Part shown: positions 26,595 through 37,874 of the stretch, piece after piece
How the letters are laid out: every line of letters begins with the position of its first letter
Numbering within the stretch: the first letter of the stretch is position 1
Assembly: GCA_964187785.1 (NCBI GenBank)
Contig: CAXLNC010001016.1
Span: forward strand, 1 to 64,000
Origin: Amphiscolops sp. MND2022
Lineage: Eukaryota
Reading direction: 5' to 3'
DNA length: 64,000 nt
Translations under genes and position numbers: made by a program
Notes under the pieces: generated by a model
Seen by the model: the letters and a program-made list of their open reading frames with translations, nothing else
What the model was told of the DNA's origin: nothing
The model's database searches: none

Positions 26595-26794
26595 NNNNNN
26601 NNNNNNNNNNNNNNNNNNNNNNNNNNNNNNNNNNNNNNNNNNNNNNNNNNNNNNNNNNNNNNNNNNNNNNNNNNNNNNNNNNNNNNNNNNNNNNNNNNNN
26701 NNNNNNNNNNNNNNNNNNNNNNNNNNNNNNNNNNNNNNNNNNNNNNNNNNNNNNNNNNNNNNNNNNNNNNNNNNNNNNNNNNNNNNNNNNNNNN
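26595..26794. other. Assembly gap (200 N); others at 38877-39048, 52390-52589, 54325-54604, 54637-54777
   Basis: Runs of N. Confidence 1.
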
Positions 26795-29700
26795 TGACGC
26801 CTCAAACTCAGATGCAGAGGTCATATCCGCTCCTCTACAAAACCACTCTCTCAATGGTTCCATAGAATGCAGAGAGCATCCTCTTGGATTTTGGTCTTCA
26901 GGAGGGATGTTGGTCTGTCTTGATCTGGGTGGTGCCTCTCGGTGATTTTCAGGAAGTTGTTCCCTTCTTGGAGGATCTAAGTCATGATAGTCAACGCCTC
27001 CTCCAAATTCAGGACTTTCTCTAGAGCACCCACCTCTACCATGATCACGGACTGGTGTCTCAGGGTTCCTATTTTCTGTAGGTGGTGAGATCCGGATATC
27101 AGAGGAACTGACGTCCCGGCTCGGTGGCTCATCTACCCAAAATCTCACAACTCGCGTACCTGACACTGAGTTAGTATCCACTATGGCTAATCTGCCATCT
27201 AGCTCTTCTAGCTGTTCAGTTGACAGAAGGGATCTCACTTCAACTCCTTCCTCGTAGTCATACTGGATTGGTGTCTCAAAGATCAAACTCCCAATGTCTC
27301 GCACCTTTTTGGCCTCTTGATTGCGTATCACCGCAACATCCCCGGCTGCCCATTCTTCAGGATTGGTAATGTCCATTCGGATTGCTCCGGCACGGACCTG
27401 ACTAACTACAGTGCTAAAATGGGGCTTCTGCCTTGATTGCGATTGAGGTGAATTTGAAGATGCTTGTGACTGAGAGGATAATTGATCCCTGGGAGGTGGA
27501 ATTGGAGGTGGTGTCACCGTTGGTGGTGTAGGTATCTGAATAGACGCTACTGGTGTCGCTAAGCTTGATGCAGAAGCACCGGGCACATATGTCTGGGACA
27601 CACCTTGATCACTCACATTCATCACAGATTGGTGAGTGGCCTTAGGAGGTAAAGCTCCCTTAGCTATTTGCTCAAGATGTTGCTCGACATGTTTGGCAAA
27701 CTTTCGTAGCGCTGCTAGGTGTTTTTCATTGCTCGATTGGGCTTGTCGAATGGTCTCAAACAACTCATACAGCTGTGGAACACGCTGCGCTTGTTCTTTG
27801 ACCTTATCTAGTTCAGCCCATATCACCTGTTCAGATGCTGCCCACGTCTCCATTTCCGCACCGACGTCATCAGACTGCATCGGTGTCGTTCTCTGAGAAT
27901 GCAATGCTTGCTCAAGTTCTGTCACTCTTCCAGACAGTGAAGTAACAGAACTTTCAACCAATGTACTCACTCGGTTGCTGACGGCCTCCCATGATTCCTC
28001 TCTTGAGTTCTGAAGTGTGGTAATCATGCCTTCAAGAGCCTTGATCTTGTCAGTAAAGTGACGGAACTTTGCGTAGCATGTGTTGTCCAAGTCAAGAAGC
28101 TCTTCTCTCACTTCAGAGGCAGTAGGCAACTTTTCACCATCTTCATCCGTTCCTTCCAATTCTGGGAAACGGTGGTTCCATTTCACAATCTGAGCTCCGA
28201 GTGCTTCAATGGATTCATGAAGTGACTTGAGAAAGGACACATCACCGTCCATCTGGACATAGTCCTCGGTCAATCTAGCAACCTTGGTCTTCAAGTCTCC
28301 TATATCCAACAGGACACCAGTACTGGTATCACCCTTTGGAGTACTCGGACTGTCTTGTGACTGGTCGAATCGACGAGCCAGTTCATCTACCATCTTCCTC
28401 AGATCTTGTTGTTCTTTGATGATTCCTACTGTGGATGCCGTCTGTGACTGGTTGTTCTGATCCATTGTCTGGTAAACCTGATGGTTATGTTCACCGATTG
28501 TCTTCACAAAAGTGTCAATTCCTGTGAGACGGGCTTGCACCTCTTGAATTGATTCAGACAGCCGTCGAAGTTCTCGACAATGAGCACTGATATTCTGATC
28601 ATGGCCCTGAACCAAAATTGCCAAATCGCCAGCATCACGATGGATAGCAAACCGAAATTGGTCAAACCTGTGCTCAAGTTGCCCTGTCCTATTCACACAT
28701 TGATTGTAAGCTGCATGCAAACGGTGCACTGCTTGTTGTCCTACGTCAACTGTTGGTGTGACCGTTGCTTCAGGAGCTTGAGGTGGTGGTTGACGTCTCG
28801 GCATCGGGCTACGGAAAACTTCCTGAGGTGGAATGACCCTTCTTCGTCTCCTATTGGCATTCCTGTTTTCCCGACCAGAAATGTTCTCAGAATTCTCTTC
28901 CGACCATTCCCAATTTCCTTCTTGCGCTCTCACACGGCCTTGCATGTCATCCAACACTGCTTGTTGTTGATCTAGGCGTCTAGAGCACAACCGGATTGCC
29001 TCACCTACCGTACCTCCATCATTATCTACCAACATGGATTCTAGTCTATGAATCTTAACCATGAACTCTCGGAAAGTGCGGGCTGATGCATACTCTTCAA
29101 CCTCGTCGAGTCGCGTCACTATGGCGCGGTGATCCCTTCGAATGCCTTGTGTATCTCGAAGGTCCGCCACCTGAGTCAATCGAGTCCTTAGTGTCTCAAC
29201 ATTATGCTCCGCGCACCTGAGTCTCCGTTGCAGATTCAACATTGAATCATGCTCCTCATCTGCAGCTGCTTCATGCTCAAGAAAGATAGTAGTGCTGAAC
29301 AAGAACGGATCCGGTGAGTCATATCCTCCTCTCACTCTTCTTGCTCCTTGCGGGGCGTACGGCCCGTAGTCTTGTCCTCTTGAAGTCTCTAGAACACTTG
29401 CTCCTCTCCTAGGATTGCCATTCGGAGACACTGTTCCTCTTTCTTCGCCAAATGATCCATACTCCTCATTTTGAGCATTCAAGAGTCGCTGGACAACCTC
29501 AACCACTCTTTCCGCTGTATACGAGTCTTCTGAATCTGGCTCAGGAGCACGCTCCTCTTGTTTCACAGGAGTGGCAGTCTCCCTTTTGGTTTCAGACTCC
29601 TCATGTTCCACTTTGACCTCACGAGCAGGACTACTACTTTCCGCTTTTACTTCCTCGGGTGACTCACATTTGACTTGAGACAACGGTTCATCCTTGACTT

Positions 29701-30307
29701 GTGACTTTTCTTGGCTGTTCGAGCCGTCCACTGGTGGTATCACTGGTGGAACTTCCTGGCTGTTCGAGCCGCTTGACAACTGTTGATGTGCATTGATCAG
29801 CGTACCTTCCACGCTTGGGCTCATAACCTGTGGAGGGGAGACTGCTTTCTGGTCGTCCCCAGAGTCGAGTGGAGCAGGGGTATTTCTAGTGGTAGCAGTT
29901 AACAACTCAATGCACTCCTTCAATGATGAACTACCGTAACCCCCTTGGAAATCCGATGACCTTTGCGGTTCAACAGTGTCGTCAGACTCATCTTTCCGAA
30001 TTGGTTCTTCTGCTGCGTCATGGTATTCTGAGGTGTCCAAATCCTCCCCAAACCCTTCAACTTCCTTGGTTCCCACTTTCGTGATCCCCATCACTGCATC
30101 GTAGTCGTAGGGTAATCTCCCGGAGGTGGACACTGGAGTGGTTGGTTCTGATCTCTGCCTCTTCGCTTCCTTTTCTCCGGCAGAGTCATCGGAGTGTCCG
30201 CATTCAGTATCACTGACTCGGTCGAGTCTAGGCATAGTAGGCATGGGCGGCGGTCCTTTATCTCTACGTCTTCTTCCTGCTGTAGGGTGTGTAGATGCAT
30301 CTGCCAT
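26795..30307 (-). CDS. Large gag-like/ORF1 protein of a retroelement, at least 1170 aa, 3' end lost in assembly gap
   Basis: Uninterrupted frame from ATG 30307 (MADASTHP) to the N gap at 26794. It has an acidic/Pro-rich N-terminus, long coiled-coil-like stretches, a compact beta-type domain (AGAIRMDITN...GSLIFETPIQYDYEEGVEV) and a LREWFCRG motif, both also present in the decayed copy at 61550-62170. No RT, integrase or protease motif is visible before the gap, so the gag call is inference. Confidence 0.7.
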
Positions 30308-30337
30308 AGTGTACTGGGCAGAGGAGCTCTCCAGCAA

Positions 30338-30604
30338 TTACTTCGGCGCAAGGTTACTCAACTGCCGCAACAGTCTACCTTGACCTTGGCCAAAGGTCGC
30401 TCTGATTCGAGCAAGATGTGGGTTCGCCACTGCTCTCACTTCAGGACGCTGAAGGTAATTCCCTAGTATACCCCAATATCTCCTCTGAAATGCTCGCAGG
30501 ATGACTCGAGCAACAATGTGCCACCACTTGTTCCAATTCAACACTCTGTGAAGGGGAACTTGATATAGCAACGGTAGTGGCTCTTCAGGTACTGCTGCGT
30601 GCAT
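30338..30604 (-). CDS. 88-aa upstream ORF with basic amphipathic segment
   Basis: ATG 67 nt downstream of the SL relic; contains KWWHIVARVILRAFQRRYWGILGNYLQ; ends in TAA at 30340-30338, in frame with the large ORF. Confidence 0.5.
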   Translation of the reverse strand: MHAAVPEEPLPLLYQVPLHRVLNWNKWWHIVARVILRAFQRRYWGILGNYLQRPEVRAVANPHLARIRATFGQGQGRLLRQLSNLAPK

Positions 30605-30671
30605 ACAACTGAGGAGTTATGTCCTATATGCTGGAAGCTCTCTCTGGATCAGTCCAAGCAAGTGCCTTGGA

Positions 30672-30687
30672 CTTGAGCCAAAATGGC
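30672..30687 (-). other. Relic dinoflagellate spliced-leader sequence (3' 16 nt)
   Basis: Minus strand reads GCCATTTTGGCTCAAG, identical to the last 16 nt of DinoSL (DCCGTAGCCATTTTGGCTCAAG). Chance expectation for a given 16-mer in 128 kb of both strands is about 3e-5 under equal base frequencies. Confidence 0.85.
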
Positions 30688-33600
30688 ATTGCCACTTTGG
30701 AATTCCAAGACCAACACAGACGATTCCATCATGTCTCCACCCTATTGGTGGGGCGCCTTGGGGATTTGTGGGAGTGGATAGTCTTAAACCATCAACATGT
30801 AATAGTGTCGCAGTCGTGTCGAATGCTGTCTGGTAGCGTCTTCTACTCGGCAACCTCAAGCCGGCCAACCATTAAGGTGAATTTTTCATTAAAGTTTTCC
30901 GGTTTCAAAAAAATGGGGATTTTTATGCTACTACCAATTGATGGTCTGTAACAATGTTCACAGATTTCTGCCTGTGGTTGGGTGGGGACTCTCGTCTGCA
31001 TCGCTTGCAAGATTTTTGTGTTCTGTGGCTACTTGCGCAGGGCTGTGGGGAAAACCACGCTTTCGATCGAAAATATCATATAATGCAGGTCTCTTGAACA
31101 AATTTGTTCTTTTTTGTGGGGTGGATGGCAAGGAAAAGGGCGAGCTGTTCGGGAATCATTGTTGGAAATAGGGGCCCCTTACCGTCGGCAATTTGCGTGT
31201 GCCTTGGCGTGGCACCAAATGCCTGTTGCAAGAAGAGGTTTTGGGGAAAATTGAAACACGCAGAAAACCTGCGGAAAAATAGCGGTCGGGACGCTAAGGG
31301 GCACGCTACGGGGCACGCTACGGCGCATGCTTAAGGGGCACGCGCCGGGGCAACGCTACGGGGCACTTGGGGTTGCCTAATGGCAACGACACTGCAACAT
31401 CCTTGCTGAAATCACGGCTCTCTCAAGTGCATGCGGGTTGTTTGGGAATATGATGAGCTGGTGTTTGGATGTTGGTTTCTTGGCAGAAACCTCAATCAAT
31501 AGTTTGCTAGTCTTGACAGTTTTCGTAAGATGTTTGTGGGAATACGGGGAGAACACTTGGGCAGCAAGAGTCCTTCTTTTTCTCATGAGCATAAGAGCTG
31601 CAAGCGTTGAAAAGGGATGGGTTTGAGGCGTAGAAAATTTGCAGAACAATTGCGCATGTTAAGGGACGCGCGTTTTGGCCACATTGGGGGCATCGATCTT
31701 CTATTGTTTGGAGCGGTTTTGGTCGATTGGCACGACGATGAAGACAAATGTCACGTTGCAACAACATTTTGTTCATATTCAGCATGGAAGAGGTTTTGCG
31801 CTGAAGTCATGCTGACATCATGTGGCGCGCACCAGCATATCATGACATTGCCGACGCCCTTCTTCCAAACTTCTGAATTTGCGACGCTCACCAAGCTGAA
31901 CTAGGAGGACCGGCATTCTGATTGTGAAACCGATAGATTTCTGCTCATCCCCCTACTCCAACTCTCTCAGAAACCCTTCAGAAACCAGATGCACTCTCAA
32001 ATTTCATGTGTCCTCGTGCGACACATCCACAAAACCAAAACGTATGCTGTGACACGAGTTTTTTACAAAAACGTTTTGCAGTTGTGACAAAAGTTTTCGT
32101 CGTCGTTCCAACCAACGTTTGAAATTGATTCGCCAAATGAAACATTCCAAAGTGAGCACTTTCAAATTATTTTCGCAGACCGTGTGTTTGGGTCACAAGG
32201 CGCTAACTAAGCAAGTAAACCTGCAACTCAGATAGTTGACTTATTGTCCCACCGAATGCAATCTCAGATTGGTAGCGATCAACAATCACAACCAATCACA
32301 AACATTTTTGGCCGCCGCACGTGCTTTGGTAGGTGTCCGACTTCCCTTCCATCAAGATTGCAGACTTCGCGTTTTCCAAGTGGATTGCTATTCGATTGCC
32401 TTCAGAAGCCCCGCTCATGAACGTACAGGTACGCGGTACACTTAAAGGCGCAAATTTGAGCGTCAGAAGGGGCAAAAAGGCCCTCAACAAAAAAACCCAA
32501 ACTCGATTGATTAGGGCCCAAACACACATCAAAAAAACATGCAACCTAAAGGCACTCATCCTTCAACAGATGACGATGGCTCTCTGCCGTCATCACCAAA
32601 TGAGCACATTCCGTAAACAAAACTTTGGTGTTCGCAAATAACGAACGGTAAAGAAATTCAAACCGATGTCAGCTGGTGTTCCGCTCCGCGTTTGAGTGAT
32701 GAGGCACCGAAGCACACTTGGTTGGCCCGAGCTGCTCATGTGTGCAAATCGTGCTCCGTCAACTAGAATGACGAGAACATAGAAGGGGAGGGAGGAAATA
32801 AACATCAGGCGGCGGGATCGCCTCAGAATAAAAAACAAACATTTGAACCAACACGTGAATGTGTTTGAGAGTTGAAAAGATCACGCAATCAAACCCCGCT
32901 GACATGGTTTGGCAAGCGCTGCATGCCTCACAAACAAACATTGACCTCACATTCTTCTGATTGGGATGGAGGGCTGTACAGTTGCACCCTTCTGTTCCTG
33001 ACTGACGCATCTTTCCAAGAGCAAAAAAGTTTCAATGGTTCCATTCCATGATCCGTGGGGTTGAGTGGCCCTGTGGGCGCCGGAAAAGGTGGAAGCACAC
33101 ACTTTTTACGACACTACAAGGGCAAAAAAAAACCTGAATTTTGTTCACAAAAGGGCTCCAACATTTTACACCTAAATGAGTAGACAAAGACACGCGAGCG
33201 TTCTGTGAACGCTACTGCTTCTCGTTTCAACAAGTAAGGTTTGGTAGACGGAGAAGTTCAAACGCAAAGGGGTTTCCTGATTTGGGATCACTCATCCGTC
33301 CCGATTTTTCCTTTTTGGGGGAGTTGCCGATCTCGGGATTTTCCCAATTTTCGGGGATTTTCCCGATTGTCCTTTTTGTCCTTCTCTTTCGTTTCGGACC
33401 TGGAAGGAGCATTCCCGATAGGGTCCACAAACACAGTACGTGTCACCTTCAGGAGGCTTAGGAAGGTTTTGTTTGTGGGGGAAGAAACTTGAAGCGCGCA
33501 CAAATGCAGATCCAGCTACTGCTGATCCCTCCACCCATGTTCTTTCTCAGCCCTGAGCCTCTGATGCCTTCGGCCTGAGGATGAAGAGACGAGAAGTGGC

Positions 33601-35170
33601 AGCGCCAAAATCCAGCAGCTGACCTGCAGTGAAGTCTCTCCGACTCTGAGTTTTCTCAATTGCTTCCAATTCTCTCTGGCCTCTCATTTTTTGTGTCATG
33701 TCTTGGAGTGTTTTCATAGTCAATGGGCCTTGTCGCAATCTTCTTTGTTGAGCCAGCTCTCCTTGAAATCCTTGAAGTTCAGCAGGACATAAATACAGTA
33801 TCTAGACTCCACTTGAGTTGAGCAACTTTACAAAGTGCGAAGAGTTCTTGGCAAAGTTGGCATGATGTTAGCAGTATTTGACGTCTCCTGCAATATTGTT
33901 TTGACAATACCTTGCCACAGTTCTGATAGCGAGGCTCCTTTCTTGTCAGCGTTGGCAAGTGAAGCTGGCAAGCTGGACGATAAAACAAAGCGGACAGGTG
34001 CAGCACTTGGGAGCCCACGATACATATCAAACAGGTGTAGAAGAGTAACTCCGTGTGAGTGTGTAAGTTGTGCGCATGTTCAGAGGCCTGACACTGAAGG
34101 GACAGCAGGCAGGAACAACCCCGGCTTGGCGTGGGCCATCTGGCCATCTTGAAGAGAATTTCTGTTTCATCACAGTCTTCTTCTTCTTCTTCTTCTGCTC
34201 TTCTCATCTGGTGCACTCCTCATATCATCTCCCTCCTCCCTGCTTGCCCTTATACTTGCATCCTCCATTCTTGTTGGTTGGGCCTGCATAGTCCCTCTGG
34301 GGGTGTCCTACCTCAGGGCATATCTCACGATTTTGCCTCTGCACGTGCATGTGAAAAGTCTTGACTTGCAAGGAGATGCTGCAAGCGTTGCTTTGAAACC
34401 TTGTCTTGCATCCATGTCAGCATATCTGCCTTACTCTTCCTGCCCCAGCGATCACACATTGCCGCATTGAACCTCCACAACCCGTTTGAGCCATGCGAAG
34501 CTCCTGCATTGACCAGCCCCCCCCACCGATATCTGCAGAACCTCCCGCTACAGCTTCGTTGCTTGCAAAGGGTCTGCCAAGAGTTTTTCTTGTTTGACAA
34601 TGTTTGAACTCGAATCTTTGGCACAAGCAGCCGTTGGTTGCGCATCCTTGTTCCCAGAGAATCGCACCAACAACTGAACCATTGTGTTACAAATTCTCAT
34701 CTTGTTGTTCGGCAAGACTTCTTGAAGGGCAACCAAGCAAGCGAGGAAGCCGGCAGAATGCCCCAGTTGGAGGCACCAGTCCAGAAGCAAAAAGATTGCA
34801 AGAAAGGAAGAGTTCCGCTCGAACGCGGCCCTCTGTTTGAAAAGAAGACAAGAGGACTCCCTTTGAGGGAGCAGCATTGTACAGGAGGAGGCATACTCAT
34901 TCTTGCTAGCTCAGCCAGCCTAAACACAAGTACCAAGAGGATTGCAGCTGAGAAAGTCACGGCCAGTTTCGGTATCAGGGAAGCAAATTGGGGTCCCCAG
35001 AAATCTTGCCCCTTGCCACATCACAACAGTATGAAAAACAAGGTCCCGTGTAATAACTCTAAGAGACGTTGGTGTTTGTTGATTGTCAGCTGTGATGGGC
35101 CAGTCACCAGTGCATGTCAGGTACAGTGTCTTTCTAGATTGCCCACATGTGGAACTGTTGCAGGGACCAC

Positions 35171-35327
35171 GAAGAGGACAGAGTCACGGAGAATTGACTC
35201 GCAGGCCTCGAAGAAAACGGAGTCACAGAGAACCGACTCGCAGGCCTCGAAGCGAACGGAGTCACAGAGAATTGACTCGCAGGCCTCGAAGAGAACGGAG
35301 TCACGGAGAACTGACTCACAGGCGTCG
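35171..35327 (+). repeat. 39-bp tandem repeat, about 3.8 copies
   Basis: Units start at 35181, 35220, 35259, 35298 (GAGTCACRGAGAAYYGACTCGCAGGCCTCGAAG.RAACG). Confidence 0.95.
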
Positions 35328-35804
35328 TGCAGCAGCACTACATTGGAGCACATGTGACAAGAAAGCTGTGCGGAGGCTTGGTCATAGCTGCTTGCCAACA
35401 CGAAGGCATCGCCAATAGACTTGTGGCACCACCAGCTGATGTCAGTGGGAAAACCCAGCTTGTTGACCCCAATCAGGCCAGAGGCACAACAGTTGATGTC
35501 TGCGTTTCTGTTGCAGTCATGTTTTCTGAACACAAAGTGACAAATATCACAATCATGAGCATGAGAAGAGAGCAGAAGCACCCTGTAAGCATTGGAAGAT
35601 GCTGATGGTTCAGTGTTCATCGTGGAGCTTCGTCAGCACTCGCCCATACGTCATGTCATGAAGCGCGAATGTCGAGGCATCAGATGGCGTTCAGCGTGAA
35701 GGCCATCCGTGAGAGAGAAGGGTTGAACATGAAGCAAGATAAAATGAATGATCGTGTTGGTGGTTATAACGCTTATTGCGCGTCTGCAACACGCCGTGTT
35801 CATG

Positions 35805-36019
35805 TCAGAAAAATCCCCGCGCCCATAAAAATAAAATCGGCACTCCCCCCCCCCCCCAAAAACCCAAAATACCCCCCCCCCCCTAAAACGCAGAATTTTA
35901 TGGACACAGGTTGTCCTGCAGAAAGAACGCATTTTTTCCAGGTGTCCATAAAATTGGCGCGGCCATTTCCGGCCCCAGAATTGCGGACACGAATTTTATG
36001 GACACGAGGATTTTTCTGA
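35805..36019. mobile_element. MITE, same family as 5915-6127, 5-bp TSD TCATG
   Basis: TCAGAAAAATCC...GGATTTTTCTGA flanked by TCATG. Confidence 0.9.
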
Positions 36020-36989
36020 TCATGATTGCGTGACAGAGAACGCCGGGGTTTAGTGGTCATTGTCAATTTCTTCATAAAGTGATCCTGCCACATGGGCCGA
36101 ATCGGGGACCGGCAAAGACAAAGCTCATATGAGCACCTCCAATGAAGTTTGATGCATCTGAAGGAATCTTTGGCACACCAATTTTCCATGAATCAACCTT
36201 ATTGCCTCGTGCCAGGCAGCAGTTCCTCTTCGAATGGTGCGTCCGCGCACACCTTTACTTGGGCCCAGGTGCTCTGAGTCTGAAGAGCCAGAGATATTGT
36301 GAAGAGCTTTAGTTCGCAGAGACAGGGAAGGTCATCGCAAGATGAATCATCAGCGACATCCACATGCTACACATACACATGACTTGGTTGTCATCACATG
36401 TCTTTGCCCTTCTCCCAGCAGTCTTATTGTCATTTCTTGCTTGTTTTGCTTGCCTTGGAATCGTCATCAGCCAAAGAAGAGCCTAATGCAGTTGTATGCC
36501 TCTGATCAACCACCTCGTGGAGGAAATCTGCAGAATGACTCTGGCTTCAAAGAAGCATAACAGCCAAACAAGTGGACAACAAGAACACACTAGGGCCCGA
36601 TAGCCCACGATTGCAGGAATTACATGAAGTCACCAGCTACTACTAGAACATCAAGACTCAAGAGAAACGTCCAATGCTGAAAACAGCCACGTGATGAACA
36701 AGAAACACCACAACACGGATGCCCACAGAATAACCAATGGAATAAAATTGCCAAACAAATATCCCTGACTTTTTTGGTCCTGGAGGGTAGTTTTTCGAAT
36801 CTTTTGGCTGATGTTTCAATTTTAAGCAGAGGATGTTGTAGAGGCAAGGAACAGGAACCAATGAGCAGCAACCTTGCCTAGCTCCAGAGCTCCCAACCAA
36901 GAGCTGGCCTCAGATCCTTTGGCGTGCCGACCAGGGGGATTTTCATGAAAATGCACGGTTCTGTTGTTTGGCGCCTTCTAGAAAAATCG

Positions 36990-37130
36990 CTAAAAATCCC
37001 CACCCAAATCCGCACACCCAGTTGAACAATCCGCGCCGCAATCCGTGCCAAAAATCCGCGCCAAAATCCGCACCCAAAATCCGCACCCAAACTCCGCACC
37101 AAAATCCGCGCCCAAACTCTCAACCAATAC
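36990..37130 (+). repeat. 12-13-bp tandem repeat (AAAATCCGCRCC)
   Basis: About 9 degenerate consecutive copies. Confidence 0.85.
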
Positions 37131-37874
37131 CCACAGAGACCCACAATGAAAAGGCCACAAGGGGTGTTGCCTGAGCTGCACGTTGTCTCTACTCGTGCAG
37201 GTCTCCGAAAACCAATAAAATTCGCACCAAAAATCCGTTACGCGACTCAGGAGGAAGCCTGACTGCAAAATAATAATAGAAAAGCACGGCAGCCAGAAGG
37301 TCAGCAAGCAGACTGACACCAGGAGCACCAACATGCATTTCACTAAGTTCAGCAACGATAGTCCTCACTGAGTCTTCAGCAACCCCAAGAAAAGAACCAC
37401 GACCAGACCCAGAATACCAGAGCCGATTTTTGGGCAGGGGATCCGACGAAGCACTTTTCAGTGAAGAAAAAGGGCTTTTCAGTGAAAAGGGGGGAGGGAT
37501 TCAGTGAAAGGGGGGTTTGGTAAGGATTTCTACAGGAAAGGCAATTCAGTGAAGAGGTCCGGGCCATTCAGTGAACCGCCGGACTCCGAAAATTGAAAAG
37601 TTGCTGTCCAAATCCACTTCCCAAAAATCAGCTCCTAGATTCAATACCAGGTCACCCCTGCGAACCGTTAACAACAATAAGAGTCCCTTCTGTCATTTAC
37701 TTGTCAGGAGCTGCGAAAGGTGCTGACGTTGAAGCAAAGGTGCAAAGCACACTGCAACAACCACCGCCACACAGAAGGTAAGGCATTATAACAGGAGCAA
37801 GTTGATACTTCCGCCCTCCGTTGTGTGTGGGCGCGCGTGTGCATACGACTCTCTCTCTCTCTCTACAGCATATA

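Larger units (their letters stand above)
26795..30871 (-). mobile_element. Retroelement-like unit (5' end near 30871; remainder in gap)
   Basis: Sharp switch from AT-rich repeat DNA to coding-like DNA at TTAA|TGGTTGG on the minus strand; contains the SL relic, uORF and large ORF. No second LTR or PBS could be verified. Confidence 0.55.
33540..36700 (-). pseudogene. Decayed coding-like segment (copy 1), interrupted by a MITE and a 39-bp tandem repeat
   Basis: Non-repetitive DNA of roughly even GC with short protein-like minus frames broken by stops; partly duplicated at 45650-46690. Confidence 0.35.

Noticed and set aside
26543-26794. C-terminus of the 1264-aa ORF as given in the track
   Set aside because: It reads through 200 Ns into unrelated repeat DNA; the TTG start at 30337 simply follows the TAA, and the first ATG is 30307.
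30617-30868. 83-codon frame in register with the uORF and large ORF, suggesting double read-through
   Set aside because: No ATG start, it runs across the SL relic, and same-frame coincidence has a 1 in 3 chance.
30855-30871. TGGTTGGCCGG as tRNA primer-binding site or LTR start
   Set aside because: I cannot match it to a tRNA 3' end and no second LTR is visible.
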